Below, in pieces: positions 8,820 to 17,907 of a stretch of DNA of 64,000 nucleotides. Within the stretch, counting starts at the first letter, position 1; every line of letters starts with the position of its first letter. A program made the translations under genes and the position numbers. Source of the stretch: an uncultured Candidatus Saccharibacteria bacterium (GTDB lineage: Bacteria; Patescibacteriota; WWE3; CAZQQZ01); the NCBI GenBank assembly GCA_964595755.1, contig CAZQQZ010000001.1:22228-86227 (forward strand), read 5' to 3'. The notes under the pieces were generated by a model. The model saw only the letters and a program-made list of their open reading frames with translations, was not told where the DNA came from and did not search any database.

Positions 8820-10892
8820 TCACCGAGCGCTAAACTCGATTTTATTTCCCTGAAGATTAACAACCACTTCCCCTCCATCTTTATACTCCCCATCAATAAT
8901 CATATCCGAAATTTGATTTTCGATTTCCCTTTGAATTAGCCTTCTTAAGGGTCTCGCGCCAAATTCTTCGGAGTAACCCTCTTTGGCCAAATAATCCCGC
9001 ACTTTTTCGGAGATATTGATTTTTATCCCCCGCTCGTTTAGTAATTTCTCTGTTTTTTGAATTTCAAAATCAACAATTTGGCGGATTTCTTTTTGGTTAA
9101 GTGACCGGAAAATGACAATCTCATCCACCCGGTTTAGAAATTCCGGTCTAAAGGCATGTTTAAGCGTTTCCGTAAGTTCCGCTTTTAGTTCCTCATACTT
9201 TTTGACCGCACTTCTTCCTTTTCCAGATACAAACCCCAGTTCCGGCTTATTTAACATTTCCGTCCCCAAGTTACTGGTCATAATAATAATTGTGTTTTTG
9301 AAATCAACTACTCGCCCTTGGGCATCTGACAACCTCCCATCTTCCATTATTTGAAGCAGCATATTAAAAACATCCGGATGGGCCTTTTCGATCTCGTCCA
9401 AAAGGATTACGGAAAATGGTTTTCTCCTTACGATTTCTGTCAATTGCCCACCCTCATCATATCCAATGTATCCCGGCGGCGCCCCCACCATCCGAGAAAC
9501 GGTGTGCTTTTCCATATACTCACTCATATCCAATCGAACAAGCATCTCCTCACTTCCGTACAAAACTTCCGCCAGGGCCTTAGAAAGCTCTGTTTTACCA
9601 ACTCCCGTCGGACCTAAAAAGATGAAGGAACCGATCGGTCGATTTGGATTTTTAAGGCCCGCCCTCGCTCGTCTGATCGCTTCGGAAACTGTTCTTACCG
9701 CCTCATCCTGACCAACGATTCTTTGATGGAGTAAATTTTCCAAGTTAAGAAGCTTCTCTCTCTCTCCAAGAGAAAGATCATCCAAGGGAATCCCGGTCGC
9801 TTTGGAAACAATCTTCGCGATATCTCTCCTTGTAACTTCCGGGACCCGCTCAAGCTTAGTTCTTGCCCAAAGATTTGTCAGTTCCTTTTCTATTCCCCTA
9901 AGCTCCTCAATTTTCGCGAACACTTTAGTGCGCTCCTCCGGGTCTCCTTGGGAAAGTTTCTTCTCGTTTTCTAAAATTTCTTCTCGAATGTCTTTGAGAT
10001 TTTGCGGCTCCTTAACTTGAGCTAAACGAACCTCCGCCCCTGCCTCATCGATCAAATCGATCGCTTTATCGGGAAGAAAACGGTCTGAAATATAACGATC
10101 CGAAAGCTTCGCCGCCGCAACCAGGGCCTCATCTGTTATTCTTACTTTATGATGTTTTTCATATCTTGAACGAAGCCCCTCAAGAATGGCGACCGTTTGA
10201 TCAATTGTCGGTTCACTGACAAGAATAGGCTGAAATCTTCTTTCCAAGGCGGCATCTTTCTCGATGTATCTTCGATATTCATCAATCGTCGTCGCCCCTA
10301 CCATCTGAAGTTCTCCTCGAGCAAGGGCTGGTTTTAGGATATTAGCCGCATCGATGGCTCCTTGAGCCGCCCCCGCTCCGACAACGGTGTGAAGCTCATC
10401 CACAAAAAGAATTATTTGCCCTTTGGCGTTTGTCACTTCTTCAATTACTTTTTTTAGCCTTTCTTCAAATTGACCTCGATGAACAGAGCCAGCAACAAGG
10501 GCGGAAATATCTAAATCCACCACTCTTTTCCCCTGAAGAATTTCTGGAACTTGGGCATCCACTATCCTCTGGGCCAATCCAGCGGCAATTGCCGTTTTCC
10601 CAACCCCCGGATCCCCAATTAAAACCGGGTTATTTTTTGTCCTTCGGCAAAGAATATGGACCAGTCGGTTTATCTCGTCATCTCGGCCAATTACCGGGTC
10701 TAGCTTTCCCTCACCCGCAAGTTTTGTAAGATCTCGACCAAAGTGATCTAAATGAGAAGTCTGACCAGCGCTTCTTCTAAGGTTCTCAAAACATTCCTCG
10801 CAAAGGTTAACGTAAACTCTCTGACCGTTGATAATTTCCGTTGTCGTTATGGAAGCGGGTCTTACCCCGCAGTTTTGGCATATTACAGACAT
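8820..10892 (-). CDS. clpC: ATP-dependent Clp protease ATP-binding subunit (ClpC/ClpE type, two AAA+ modules, N-terminal zinc ribbon)
   Basis: N-terminal CQNCG...CEEC zinc ribbon (ClpE-like). Walker A GDPGVGKT (D1) and GPTGVGKT (D2). ClpA/B-family signature stretches. No Clp_N repeats, and no clpP nearby. Confidence 0.85.
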   Translation of the reverse strand: MSVICQNCGVRPASITTTEIINGQRVYVNLCEECFENLRRSAGQTSHLDHFGRDLTKLAGEGKLDPVIGRDDEINRLVHILCRRTKNNPVLIGDPGVGKTAIAAGLAQRIVDAQVPEILQGKRVVDLDISALVAGSVHRGQFEERLKKVIEEVTNAKGQIILFVDELHTVVGAGAAQGAIDAANILKPALARGELQMVGATTIDEYRRYIEKDAALERRFQPILVSEPTIDQTVAILEGLRSRYEKHHKVRITDEALVAAAKLSDRYISDRFLPDKAIDLIDEAGAEVRLAQVKEPQNLKDIREEILENEKKLSQGDPEERTKVFAKIEELRGIEKELTNLWARTKLERVPEVTRRDIAKIVSKATGIPLDDLSLGEREKLLNLENLLHQRIVGQDEAVRTVSEAIRRARAGLKNPNRPIGSFIFLGPTGVGKTELSKALAEVLYGSEEMLVRLDMSEYMEKHTVSRMVGAPPGYIGYDEGGQLTEIVRRKPFSVILLDEIEKAHPDVFNMLLQIMEDGRLSDAQGRVVDFKNTIIIMTSNLGTEMLNKPELGFVSGKGRSAVKKYEELKAELTETLKHAFRPEFLNRVDEIVIFRSLNQKEIRQIVDFEIQKTEKLLNERGIKINISEKVRDYLAKEGYSEEFGARPLRRLIQREIENQISDMIIDGEYKDGGEVVVNLQGNKIEFSAR

Positions 10893-10903
10893 AGTAAATA
10901 TAA

Positions 10904-10931
10904 CTCAAAGCTAAAATCTCAAAGCTCAAAA
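10904..10931. promoter_or_regulatory. direct repeat CTCAAAGCTnAAAA x2 (14-bp period) in the clpC 5-prime leader; possible operator
   Basis: Tandem ctcaaagctaaaat / ctcaaagctcaaaa lies 12-40 bp upstream of the clpC start codon on the coding side. Confidence 0.25.
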
Positions 10932-11046
10932 ACCTTAAAATACAAAAAGGGTATCCTATTATTGAGATTAAGAAAAAATAGAGTCTCACATTATCCGCTA
11001 CCCGGCTTCATGTTTTAGTTTTGATCTTTGCGTTTTGCGCTATTTT

Positions 11047-12861
11047 CTAATGTTGCCAAAGGTCAGCTACCTCTACCGCGCATTCTACCGGAACAGTTTT
11101 CAAAATCTGCTTCCCTGCCCGCTTCATCTCTTCTTCCACCGCCACCCGGGCCTTCTCCGCATCGGCTTCCGCCACCTCAAGCACAACTTCATCATGAACG
11201 GTAAGGATGAGATGCGCCTTTAAACCCTCCTTCTTAATTCTATCATAAATGTAAATAAGAGCGAATTTTGTCATATCGGCGCTACTCCCTTGAATGGGGG
11301 TATTTTTTCCCTGCCTCTCAATATGAGAAATAAGCCGATCATACATCGGGTCAGAGGGGTCTGGCACCCTAAACCATCTTTTTCTACCAACCAAAGTGAC
11401 GCTATACCCTTTTTTGACAGTTTCTTTGGCCACCGTATCTAGCCATTTTTTAACTTTTTTGAAGGTGTTGAAATACTTGTCCATCAAATTCCTTGCCTCG
11501 TCAACAGAAACTCCAAGCTGGTCAGCCAAGGAATTTGCTCCCCGACCATACATCAAACCAAAATTGATGGTTTTGGCCGCTTGTCTTTCGACCGTCTTTC
11601 GCACCTTTGTAATCGGAATTCCATACATAAGACTCGCCGTCATCGTGTGTAAATCCTGCCCCGAAAGATACGCTTTCATAAGCTCTGGATCCTGCGAATA
11701 CTCTCCCATCACCCGAAGTTCAATTTGGGAGTAATCCGCCGTCACCAACTTATTCCCAGGAAAAGCCATAAAACAACTGCGAAAAGTCGATTCTCTAGGA
11801 ATCTGCTGCAAGTTTGGATTTGAACAAGCAAACCGGCCCGAATCCGCTCCGATTTGAATAAAATCAGGATGAATTCTTCCCGTCACTTTATGAATTTTGG
11901 AAAGAAGATTTTCCCCGAAAGCGGAAATCATTTTTTGGTATCCTCGATATTCAAGTAACATTTTGGCAATTGGATGATTTAATTTACTTAAAATCTCTTC
12001 CCCCGTAGAAGGAGCGTCAAGTCCTAATTTATCGTTTAAAAGCTCTAATAGCTGAGGCTGACTATTAAGGTTTATAACGTCCACCTGCTCCCCAAATAAA
12101 TCAAACTGGGTATTTTTGTATAGGGGGCGAATTTCATCCTGAATTTTCTTGGCGAGTTCATTTCGCTTAATTTCCTGCTCCCGAAGATTTTCTCGCCATT
12201 TAGAAACATCAATATAAGCGCCGGTAATTTCCATGTCGGCTACAGGTTGGATAAGTCTAAACTCCAATTTTGCCGTCTCTAGGAGACCTTCCTTTTTAAT
12301 TTGGGCATATTGTTGGTCAAAAATTGGAAAAAGGATAAGAACGTCTCCTGCCGCGTATTTTAATTGTCTTTCAGTAGGGTTTCCCTTTTCTCCCAACTTG
12401 TCCCACTCATAAGATTCGTAATCTTTATCAAGAGTTATCCCTAAACGATTGTTGGCGATTGCAAGAAGAGAGCTGTTCCCCCGCTCCATCCCGGCGGTGA
12501 CGATGCGCTCTGCCAACATTGTGTCAAACATATTTTGGATCTCGATATCATATTTAACTTTTAAAACTTCATAATCAAATTTCGCATTTTGCAATATTTT
12601 TAAAATATTTTTGTTTTCTAATAAGCCTTTAAGTTTTTGGCAATCAACTTTGCGCGCATCGATCACATAGGCTTTATCGCGGGTTCCAATTTGAACAAAG
12701 AGAACACGAGTAAGGTAAGGATCAAGCCCAGTTCCTTCAGAGTCAACCGCCAGCATTTTTTCTTTCTCAACAATTTCCAAGACTTCAAGAAGCCTCTTTT
12801 CGGAATCAATATATTCAAAATTGGGATTGCTTAAATCGATCTTAAAATCAGTTTCTGCCAT
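11047..12861 (-). CDS. polA: DNA polymerase I (family A), 3-prime-5-prime exonuclease plus polymerase domains, no 5-prime nuclease domain
   Basis: Motif A DYSQIELR, motif B RQAAKTINFGLMYG and motif C VHDEVVLE. N-terminal DEDDy-like exonuclease region. Only 604 aa. Confidence 0.85.
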   Translation of the reverse strand: MAETDFKIDLSNPNFEYIDSEKRLLEVLEIVEKEKMLAVDSEGTGLDPYLTRVLFVQIGTRDKAYVIDARKVDCQKLKGLLENKNILKILQNAKFDYEVLKVKYDIEIQNMFDTMLAERIVTAGMERGNSSLLAIANNRLGITLDKDYESYEWDKLGEKGNPTERQLKYAAGDVLILFPIFDQQYAQIKKEGLLETAKLEFRLIQPVADMEITGAYIDVSKWRENLREQEIKRNELAKKIQDEIRPLYKNTQFDLFGEQVDVINLNSQPQLLELLNDKLGLDAPSTGEEILSKLNHPIAKMLLEYRGYQKMISAFGENLLSKIHKVTGRIHPDFIQIGADSGRFACSNPNLQQIPRESTFRSCFMAFPGNKLVTADYSQIELRVMGEYSQDPELMKAYLSGQDLHTMTASLMYGIPITKVRKTVERQAAKTINFGLMYGRGANSLADQLGVSVDEARNLMDKYFNTFKKVKKWLDTVAKETVKKGYSVTLVGRKRWFRVPDPSDPMYDRLISHIERQGKNTPIQGSSADMTKFALIYIYDRIKKEGLKAHLILTVHDEVVLEVAEADAEKARVAVEEEMKRAGKQILKTVPVECAVEVADLWQH

Positions 12862-12873
12862 ACAGCCAAAAGG

Positions 12874-14283
12874 TTAATCTATTTTCTTTTCCTTTACAAT
12901 ACCCACGAATCCAACCATCTCCCTCAAAACCCTATCTGCTTCTTGGGGATTGGCTTTGCCAGCCGAAAGTCTCATTACTTGCCCAACTAAAAATTTAAGG
13001 GAAGCTTCTTTGCCCTTCTTATAATCCTCCACTGCCTTTCCGTTTTCGGAAATTACTTTCTTGCAAATCTCTTTAAGTTCCGCCTCACTCATTGATGGCC
13101 TGCTCGCTTGAGCTTTAACTATCTCGACAATTTCTGCTGGCGTCATAACTCTCGTCTCCTTTTTGTTGACGAGAGTATCCGCGACTTTTTTGGCGTTATC
13201 TTTTCCAGAAAGCTTAACGGCTTGTTCGAAAAGATTCAAAAGCGTCACATCTTCAACAATAATTTCCGCCGAGGAAGTAGCGACCGTTGGGTACTCCTTT
13301 ATAAAATTATCCTTTTTCTCCCAGGGAAGCTCCGGAATTGAAGCCTTAATTTCTGCTAACCAAGAATCAGAAATTTCTATCGGAGGAATATCCGGCTCGG
13401 GAAAATACCGATAGTCCTTGGCAGTTTCTTTGACTCGTTGAGAAAAAGTTTCTCCCGTTTCTTCGTTGTAACCTCTTGTTTCCTGAATAACCTTTTCCCC
13501 TGCTTCCAATAATTCTTGTTGACGTTTGAGTTCGTATTCGATCACTTTTCCCAAAAATCTAAAAGAATTTATATTTTTAACTTCTACTTTGTAATCTGGC
13601 AAGTCTTTACTTCCCACTTCCCACTTCAATAATCCAGCTTCCGTCCTCCCATCTTCGACTTCCTTTAAAGATATATTCGCTTCCAGTCGCATATTTCCTT
13701 TTTCCATATCTGCCTCTGAAACGCCAATTTCCCGCACTAGTTGTTGTATTTTTTTACAAAAAGAAACCGCCTCCTCCGCCGAACGAAAATCTGGCTCGGT
13801 CACTAATTCTGCCAAAGGGATTCCCGATTTATTAAAATCAAGCAAAGTCGTTCCTCCGTCATGAAAAGATTTACCAGTATCTTCCTCCAAATGAATTTCC
13901 CTAATTCTGATATTCTTGCCACCCTCCAAGGTAAAATTTCCCCCTTTACAAAAGGGGAAATAAAACTGACTAATCTGATAACCCTTTGGTAAATCCGGGT
14001 AGAAATAGTTTTTGCGGTCAAAGTAAGACATCTTACTTATTTTCGATCCAAGCGACAAACCAATCTTAATCACTTTTTCGATCGCCTCCTTATTAGGAAC
14101 CGGAAGCGCTCCGGGAAGCCCCAAACAGGTTGGACAAACGTGGGTGTTTGGAGTTGCTGGCACACCCCCCGAAGCCTTGGCGAAGGGGGGCCAAATATCC
14201 GCTCCGCAAGCACAAAACATCTTTGTTTTTGTATTAAGTTGGATGTGAACCTCAAGCCCAATAACGGGAATGTATTTTGCCAT
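12874..14283 (-). CDS. gatB: Asp-tRNA(Asn)/Glu-tRNA(Gln) amidotransferase subunit B
   Basis: N-terminus PVIGLEVHIQL and Cys cluster, plus a C-terminal GatB/YqeY domain. Confidence 0.9.
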   Translation of the reverse strand: MAKYIPVIGLEVHIQLNTKTKMFCACGADIWPPFAKASGGVPATPNTHVCPTCLGLPGALPVPNKEAIEKVIKIGLSLGSKISKMSYFDRKNYFYPDLPKGYQISQFYFPFCKGGNFTLEGGKNIRIREIHLEEDTGKSFHDGGTTLLDFNKSGIPLAELVTEPDFRSAEEAVSFCKKIQQLVREIGVSEADMEKGNMRLEANISLKEVEDGRTEAGLLKWEVGSKDLPDYKVEVKNINSFRFLGKVIEYELKRQQELLEAGEKVIQETRGYNEETGETFSQRVKETAKDYRYFPEPDIPPIEISDSWLAEIKASIPELPWEKKDNFIKEYPTVATSSAEIIVEDVTLLNLFEQAVKLSGKDNAKKVADTLVNKKETRVMTPAEIVEIVKAQASRPSMSEAELKEICKKVISENGKAVEDYKKGKEASLKFLVGQVMRLSAGKANPQEADRVLREMVGFVGIVKEKKID

Positions 14284-14288
14284 AGCGA

Positions 14289-14693
14289 TTAAACAGAAAT
14301 GCCAATATCAGATAAACCTTTTTTAAATTTAGAAATTGCCTCCTTCGTTACGAAATAAGGCGCCTCGTAACTATCTTCGTGCACAATTGCGTTTCTTATT
14401 TTATGCGCCTCCCAAACATCTTGATAATCTCGATAATCTCTAAATAAATTTTTGGCGTTTTTTAACCTTTCGCCCATCGTCTCCCCTTTAACCAAAGACT
14501 TTAAAGCCTTATCAAAAATCTTGTCTGCCTCAACCACCGCCTGCCGAAGGCTGCTCGGGGAAGAAATACTTAAATAATTTTCTACTCTTGCCCAAGCAAT
14601 TTTAATGCTTTCTTCTTCGGCGGAAGTTAAATTATGTTTTGTGATTGGGGAAAATAACCCCGGTCCAAATAATTTTTTTAAAAAGTTAAACAT
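14289..14693 (-). CDS. hypothetical protein inserted between gatA and gatB
   Basis: 135-aa ORF starting at MFNFLKK, 2 nt after the gatA stop. No recognisable motif; no Shine-Dalgarno sequence upstream. Confidence 0.35.
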   Translation of the reverse strand: MFNFLKKLFGPGLFSPITKHNLTSAEEESIKIAWARVENYLSISSPSSLRQAVVEADKIFDKALKSLVKGETMGERLKNAKNLFRDYRDYQDVWEAHKIRNAIVHEDSYEAPYFVTKEAISKFKKGLSDIGISV

Positions 14694-14695
14694 AA

Positions 14696-16051
14696 TTAGT
14701 GTGAAATTGCATTCTCTAAAGCGTAAGCTCCTCGTAAAATTAATTCTTCTGAAAACATCGGTCCAATCAGCTGAACCCCCACGGGAAGTCCTTCTGAAAG
14801 TCCGCATGGGATAGAAATACCCGGTAATCCGGCTAAGCTTGAAGCTTCAACCAGAACATCCTGAAGTTCGCCAAACATTGCCGAATCTTTTGAGGAACCA
14901 AGAGGCAAAGCCACACTAGGAGAAGTTGGCGCAATCAAAAGATCGACTTCTTTAAAAATTCTATTAAAATCGTTAACAATAAGGGTCCTCACTTTTTGAG
15001 CTTTTGTGTAATATTGATCATAATATCCAGCCGAGAGAGTATAAGTTCCAAGCAGTATTCTTCTTTTTGCCTCATCTCCGAAGAATGATCGGTCGTTGCC
15101 GAAGCGAATCCCATCATAACGAGCAAGGTTTGAGGAAACTTCCGAACGCTGAATAATCGTGTAAACGCCAATTGAATATTTTGGGGGAAGAATGGAAACC
15201 GGAACAATCTTTGCCCCTAACTTTTTAAAGAGTTCAATTGCCTCTTCTACTTTTTTTCGTACTCCCGCTTCAATCTCTATTTCAAAATATTCCTTGGGGA
15301 TGCCTATTTTTAAGTCCCTCACTCCATCTTTAAGAGTTTTCATTAAGGGAATAAATTCTCTGCTAGAAGTAGCATCAAGGGGATCAAACCCACTCATTGC
15401 CTGAAAAACCAAAGCGGCGTCCTCGACTGTTTTTGTAATCGGGCCAGGGGAATCGGTGGAAGAGCACATCGCAATAATTCCATAACGACTGACTCGCCCG
15501 TATGTTGGCTTAAGACCTACCACGCCACACCAACTTGCCGGTTGACGGATAGAGCCAGCCGTTTCACTTCCCAAAGCAAAAGTACACATATTGGTAGCAA
15601 CCGCCGCCGCCGAGCCCCCAGAGGAACCGCCGGCAGAGCGGGTTAAATCAAACGGGTTTTTTGTTGGCCCGAAATCAGAAGTTTCCGTGGATGATCCGTG
15701 CGCCCAAGCGTCCATGTTAGTCTTTCCGATTAAAGAGGCTCCTGCCGATTCAATTTTCTTAAAAGCAGTCGCGCTGTAGGGAGGCTTAAAGTCTGCAAGA
15801 ACTTTGGAAGATGCGGTTGTTAAAATCCCTTCTGTACAATAATTATCTTTAACCGCAAAAGGAATTCCGGAAAAAATTCCCTCTTTGGCCTTCTGATCCG
15901 GTGTTACAGTTAGAAAAGCGTTAATTTCGCCATTTTTCTCTTTAATGTTGTCAATGCAAGCGGAAAACAACTCGCCTTGGCTAAATTTTTTAGCCTTTAA
16001 TCCGGCAACCGCTTCAGTTAAAGTAATCTTCGCTAAATTCATATAAATCAA
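14696..16051 (-). CDS. gatA: Glu-tRNA(Gln) amidotransferase subunit A (amidase signature family)
   Basis: Amidase signature GGSSGGSAAAVA and a Ser-cisSer-Lys context. Its start overlaps the gatC stop (ATGA). Confidence 0.9.
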   Translation of the reverse strand: MIYMNLAKITLTEAVAGLKAKKFSQGELFSACIDNIKEKNGEINAFLTVTPDQKAKEGIFSGIPFAVKDNYCTEGILTTASSKVLADFKPPYSATAFKKIESAGASLIGKTNMDAWAHGSSTETSDFGPTKNPFDLTRSAGGSSGGSAAAVATNMCTFALGSETAGSIRQPASWCGVVGLKPTYGRVSRYGIIAMCSSTDSPGPITKTVEDAALVFQAMSGFDPLDATSSREFIPLMKTLKDGVRDLKIGIPKEYFEIEIEAGVRKKVEEAIELFKKLGAKIVPVSILPPKYSIGVYTIIQRSEVSSNLARYDGIRFGNDRSFFGDEAKRRILLGTYTLSAGYYDQYYTKAQKVRTLIVNDFNRIFKEVDLLIAPTSPSVALPLGSSKDSAMFGELQDVLVEASSLAGLPGISIPCGLSEGLPVGVQLIGPMFSEELILRGAYALENAISH

Positions 16052-16341
16052 GCTTGTGAAAGAGCCAGTCTCGTTTCAAACATATTATTCTTCACCTTTC
16101 TCGCGTTAGCGAGAGCTTTCTCGAGGGATAAAGTTGCCATGGCTTTGGAATCGTCCCGAAAAACATTGGTCAGTCCGGTAACCTGGGAAGTAGCAGAAAA
16201 GGGACTAATATCAAGCCCGTCTAAAATGGAAACGTAATCAAGCGCTTCCGAAAGGCTCTCTTGAAGCTTTGCGAGCTCCTCATTTGAAAGAGACAAATTT
16301 GCTAATTTTCCAATATGGGTCGTTTCTTCTATAGAAATCAT
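16048..16341 (-). CDS. gatC: Glu-tRNA(Gln) amidotransferase subunit C
   Basis: 97 aa; the start has the typical GatC motif (IGKLANLSLSNEEL). First gene of the gatCAB operon. Confidence 0.8.
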   Translation of the reverse strand: MISIEETTHIGKLANLSLSNEELAKLQESLSEALDYVSILDGLDISPFSATSQVTGLTNVFRDDSKAMATLSLEKALANARKVKNNMFETRLALSQA

Positions 16342-16345
16342 ATCT

Positions 16346-17236
16346 TTAGAGTTCCTTGAGCCTACTTATTCTATCAGCAATTGGCGGATGAGTCGAAAAA
16401 GCGGTGCTAACTGCCCTCGAAAGGTTGCCCTTAAACGGATTAACAATGTATAAGTGAGCAGTAGCTCTATTTGCTGCTTCCAATGGTTCTGGGTCAGCGG
16501 AAATCTTTTCCAGGGCGGAGATTAATCCGTTTGGCTGCTTTGTCAAAGAAACCGCAGAAGCGTCCGCAAGATACTCTCTTTGCCGAGAAAGCGCAAGTTG
16601 AATTAGCTTGGCAAAAATTGGGGCAAATATTGCCAATATAAGACCTAATATGACAAATATACCACTGCGGTCTCTACTTTTTGAACTGCGGCGCCCACCC
16701 CAAAACATCCGACGATTAAACAGATCTGCCAAAAGAACAACCATCCCGACCAAAACAGAAACTATCATCATTAAGCGAATATCGTAATTTCTAATATGAG
16801 AGAGTTCGTGAGCAACAACTGCCTCAAGTTCCGTTCTATCAAGTTTTCCTAAAAGACCAGTAGTAGTGCAAATTATCGCGTGATTTGGATCTCTGCCAGT
16901 TGCAAAGGCATTTGGGGCGGAATCGGGAATCACGTAGAGCTTCGGCATCGGCATCCCGGAACCAAGGGCAAGGTTTTCTGTAACAGTAAAGAAATTAAAA
17001 TCCCGATTTTTATCGGCCGGCCGGGCTCCGGAGAGAGCAAGTATTATCTTATCACCAAAAAAATAGCTCCCAAAAGAAGAAAATAATGAAAAAACAAAGG
17101 CGGGGATGATATAAGCAAAACCGGCATCTGATGCCTGTCCAAAGACACAAGCAACTGCCCCTATTAAAACAAAGAATATAGAAATAATCAGTAGGGTGTT
17201 TCTCTTATTTTGATCAATTTGTTCATAGAATGTCAT
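16346..17236 (-). CDS. htpX: zinc metalloprotease HtpX (M48 family)
   Basis: HELSHIRNYD (HExxH) motif, N-terminal TM helices, and ~296 aa. Confidence 0.8.
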   Translation of the reverse strand: MTFYEQIDQNKRNTLLIISIFFVLIGAVACVFGQASDAGFAYIIPAFVFSLFSSFGSYFFGDKIILALSGARPADKNRDFNFFTVTENLALGSGMPMPKLYVIPDSAPNAFATGRDPNHAIICTTTGLLGKLDRTELEAVVAHELSHIRNYDIRLMMIVSVLVGMVVLLADLFNRRMFWGGRRSSKSRDRSGIFVILGLILAIFAPIFAKLIQLALSRQREYLADASAVSLTKQPNGLISALEKISADPEPLEAANRATAHLYIVNPFKGNLSRAVSTAFSTHPPIADRISRLKEL

Positions 17237-17251
17237 ATATTTCTTACACCC

Positions 17252-17280
17252 AGAAAACTCGGAAGGAAGATCCTTCCGAG
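17252..17280 (-). terminator. rho-independent terminator after lemA
   Basis: Perfect 9-bp stem CUCGGAAGG-AUCUU-CCUUCCGAG on the minus strand, followed by UUUUCU. Confidence 0.55.
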
Positions 17281-17301
17281 TGTCCTAAATGAAAGCGTAA
17301 G

Positions 17302-17895
17302 TCAAAGACTAACCCTCGGTGTCTTTGTTTCTTCGGAAGAGACCGTAACATGCTCACCCTCCATTGGGGTAGAAAGACCTTTCTCCGCCTTGAAACCAAA
17401 TAACGACGCGATCAGACTTGATGGAATCGTTACCAACATCGTGTTATATTGGGTAGTAAGCTCGATGAGAAGCCTCCTTGCGTACATTAGTTTATCAGAT
17501 GAGTCACGAAGATTAGCCATCAAATCCTGAACCACGGTTGAAGAAATAATTGCAGGATTACTCTCCATAAGAGCAAAGAAAGAACCGAAAAGCTTGCTAC
17601 TAACCTCCGCGGTTTTTGACATTTTGTCGACGTCTCCTGAAGAGGCCGCTTCCGAGATCGATTTTCTCGCGTTTGTTAAATCCTCAAAAATACCCTTCTC
17701 CTGCTTCATCATCCCCTTTGCCGCTTCTACCAAGTTCGGAATTAACTCCGCTTGCCTTTTAAGCTGATTACCAATCTCCTGAATCGATTGCACTATCCTC
17801 ACTTTAAGACCCTGAAGTTTGTTGTAGATAGATAGGGCGTACAAGACGAGCAAAACTAACGGTACTAATAAAAAATAGATCATATTATTTTTCAC
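17302..17895 (-). CDS. lemA: LemA family protein
   Basis: N-terminal TM helix followed by YNKLQGLKVRIVQSIQEIGNQLKRQAELIPNLVEAAKG, matching the LemA family. Adjacent to htpX, a common pairing. Confidence 0.75.
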   Translation of the reverse strand: MKNNMIYFLLVPLVLLVLYALSIYNKLQGLKVRIVQSIQEIGNQLKRQAELIPNLVEAAKGMMKQEKGIFEDLTNARKSISEAASSGDVDKMSKTAEVSSKLFGSFFALMESNPAIISSTVVQDLMANLRDSSDKLMYARRLLIELTTQYNTMLVTIPSSLIASLFGFKAEKGLSTPMEGEHVTVSSEETKTPRVSL

Positions 17896-17907
17896 CTCCT
17901 TAAATAA

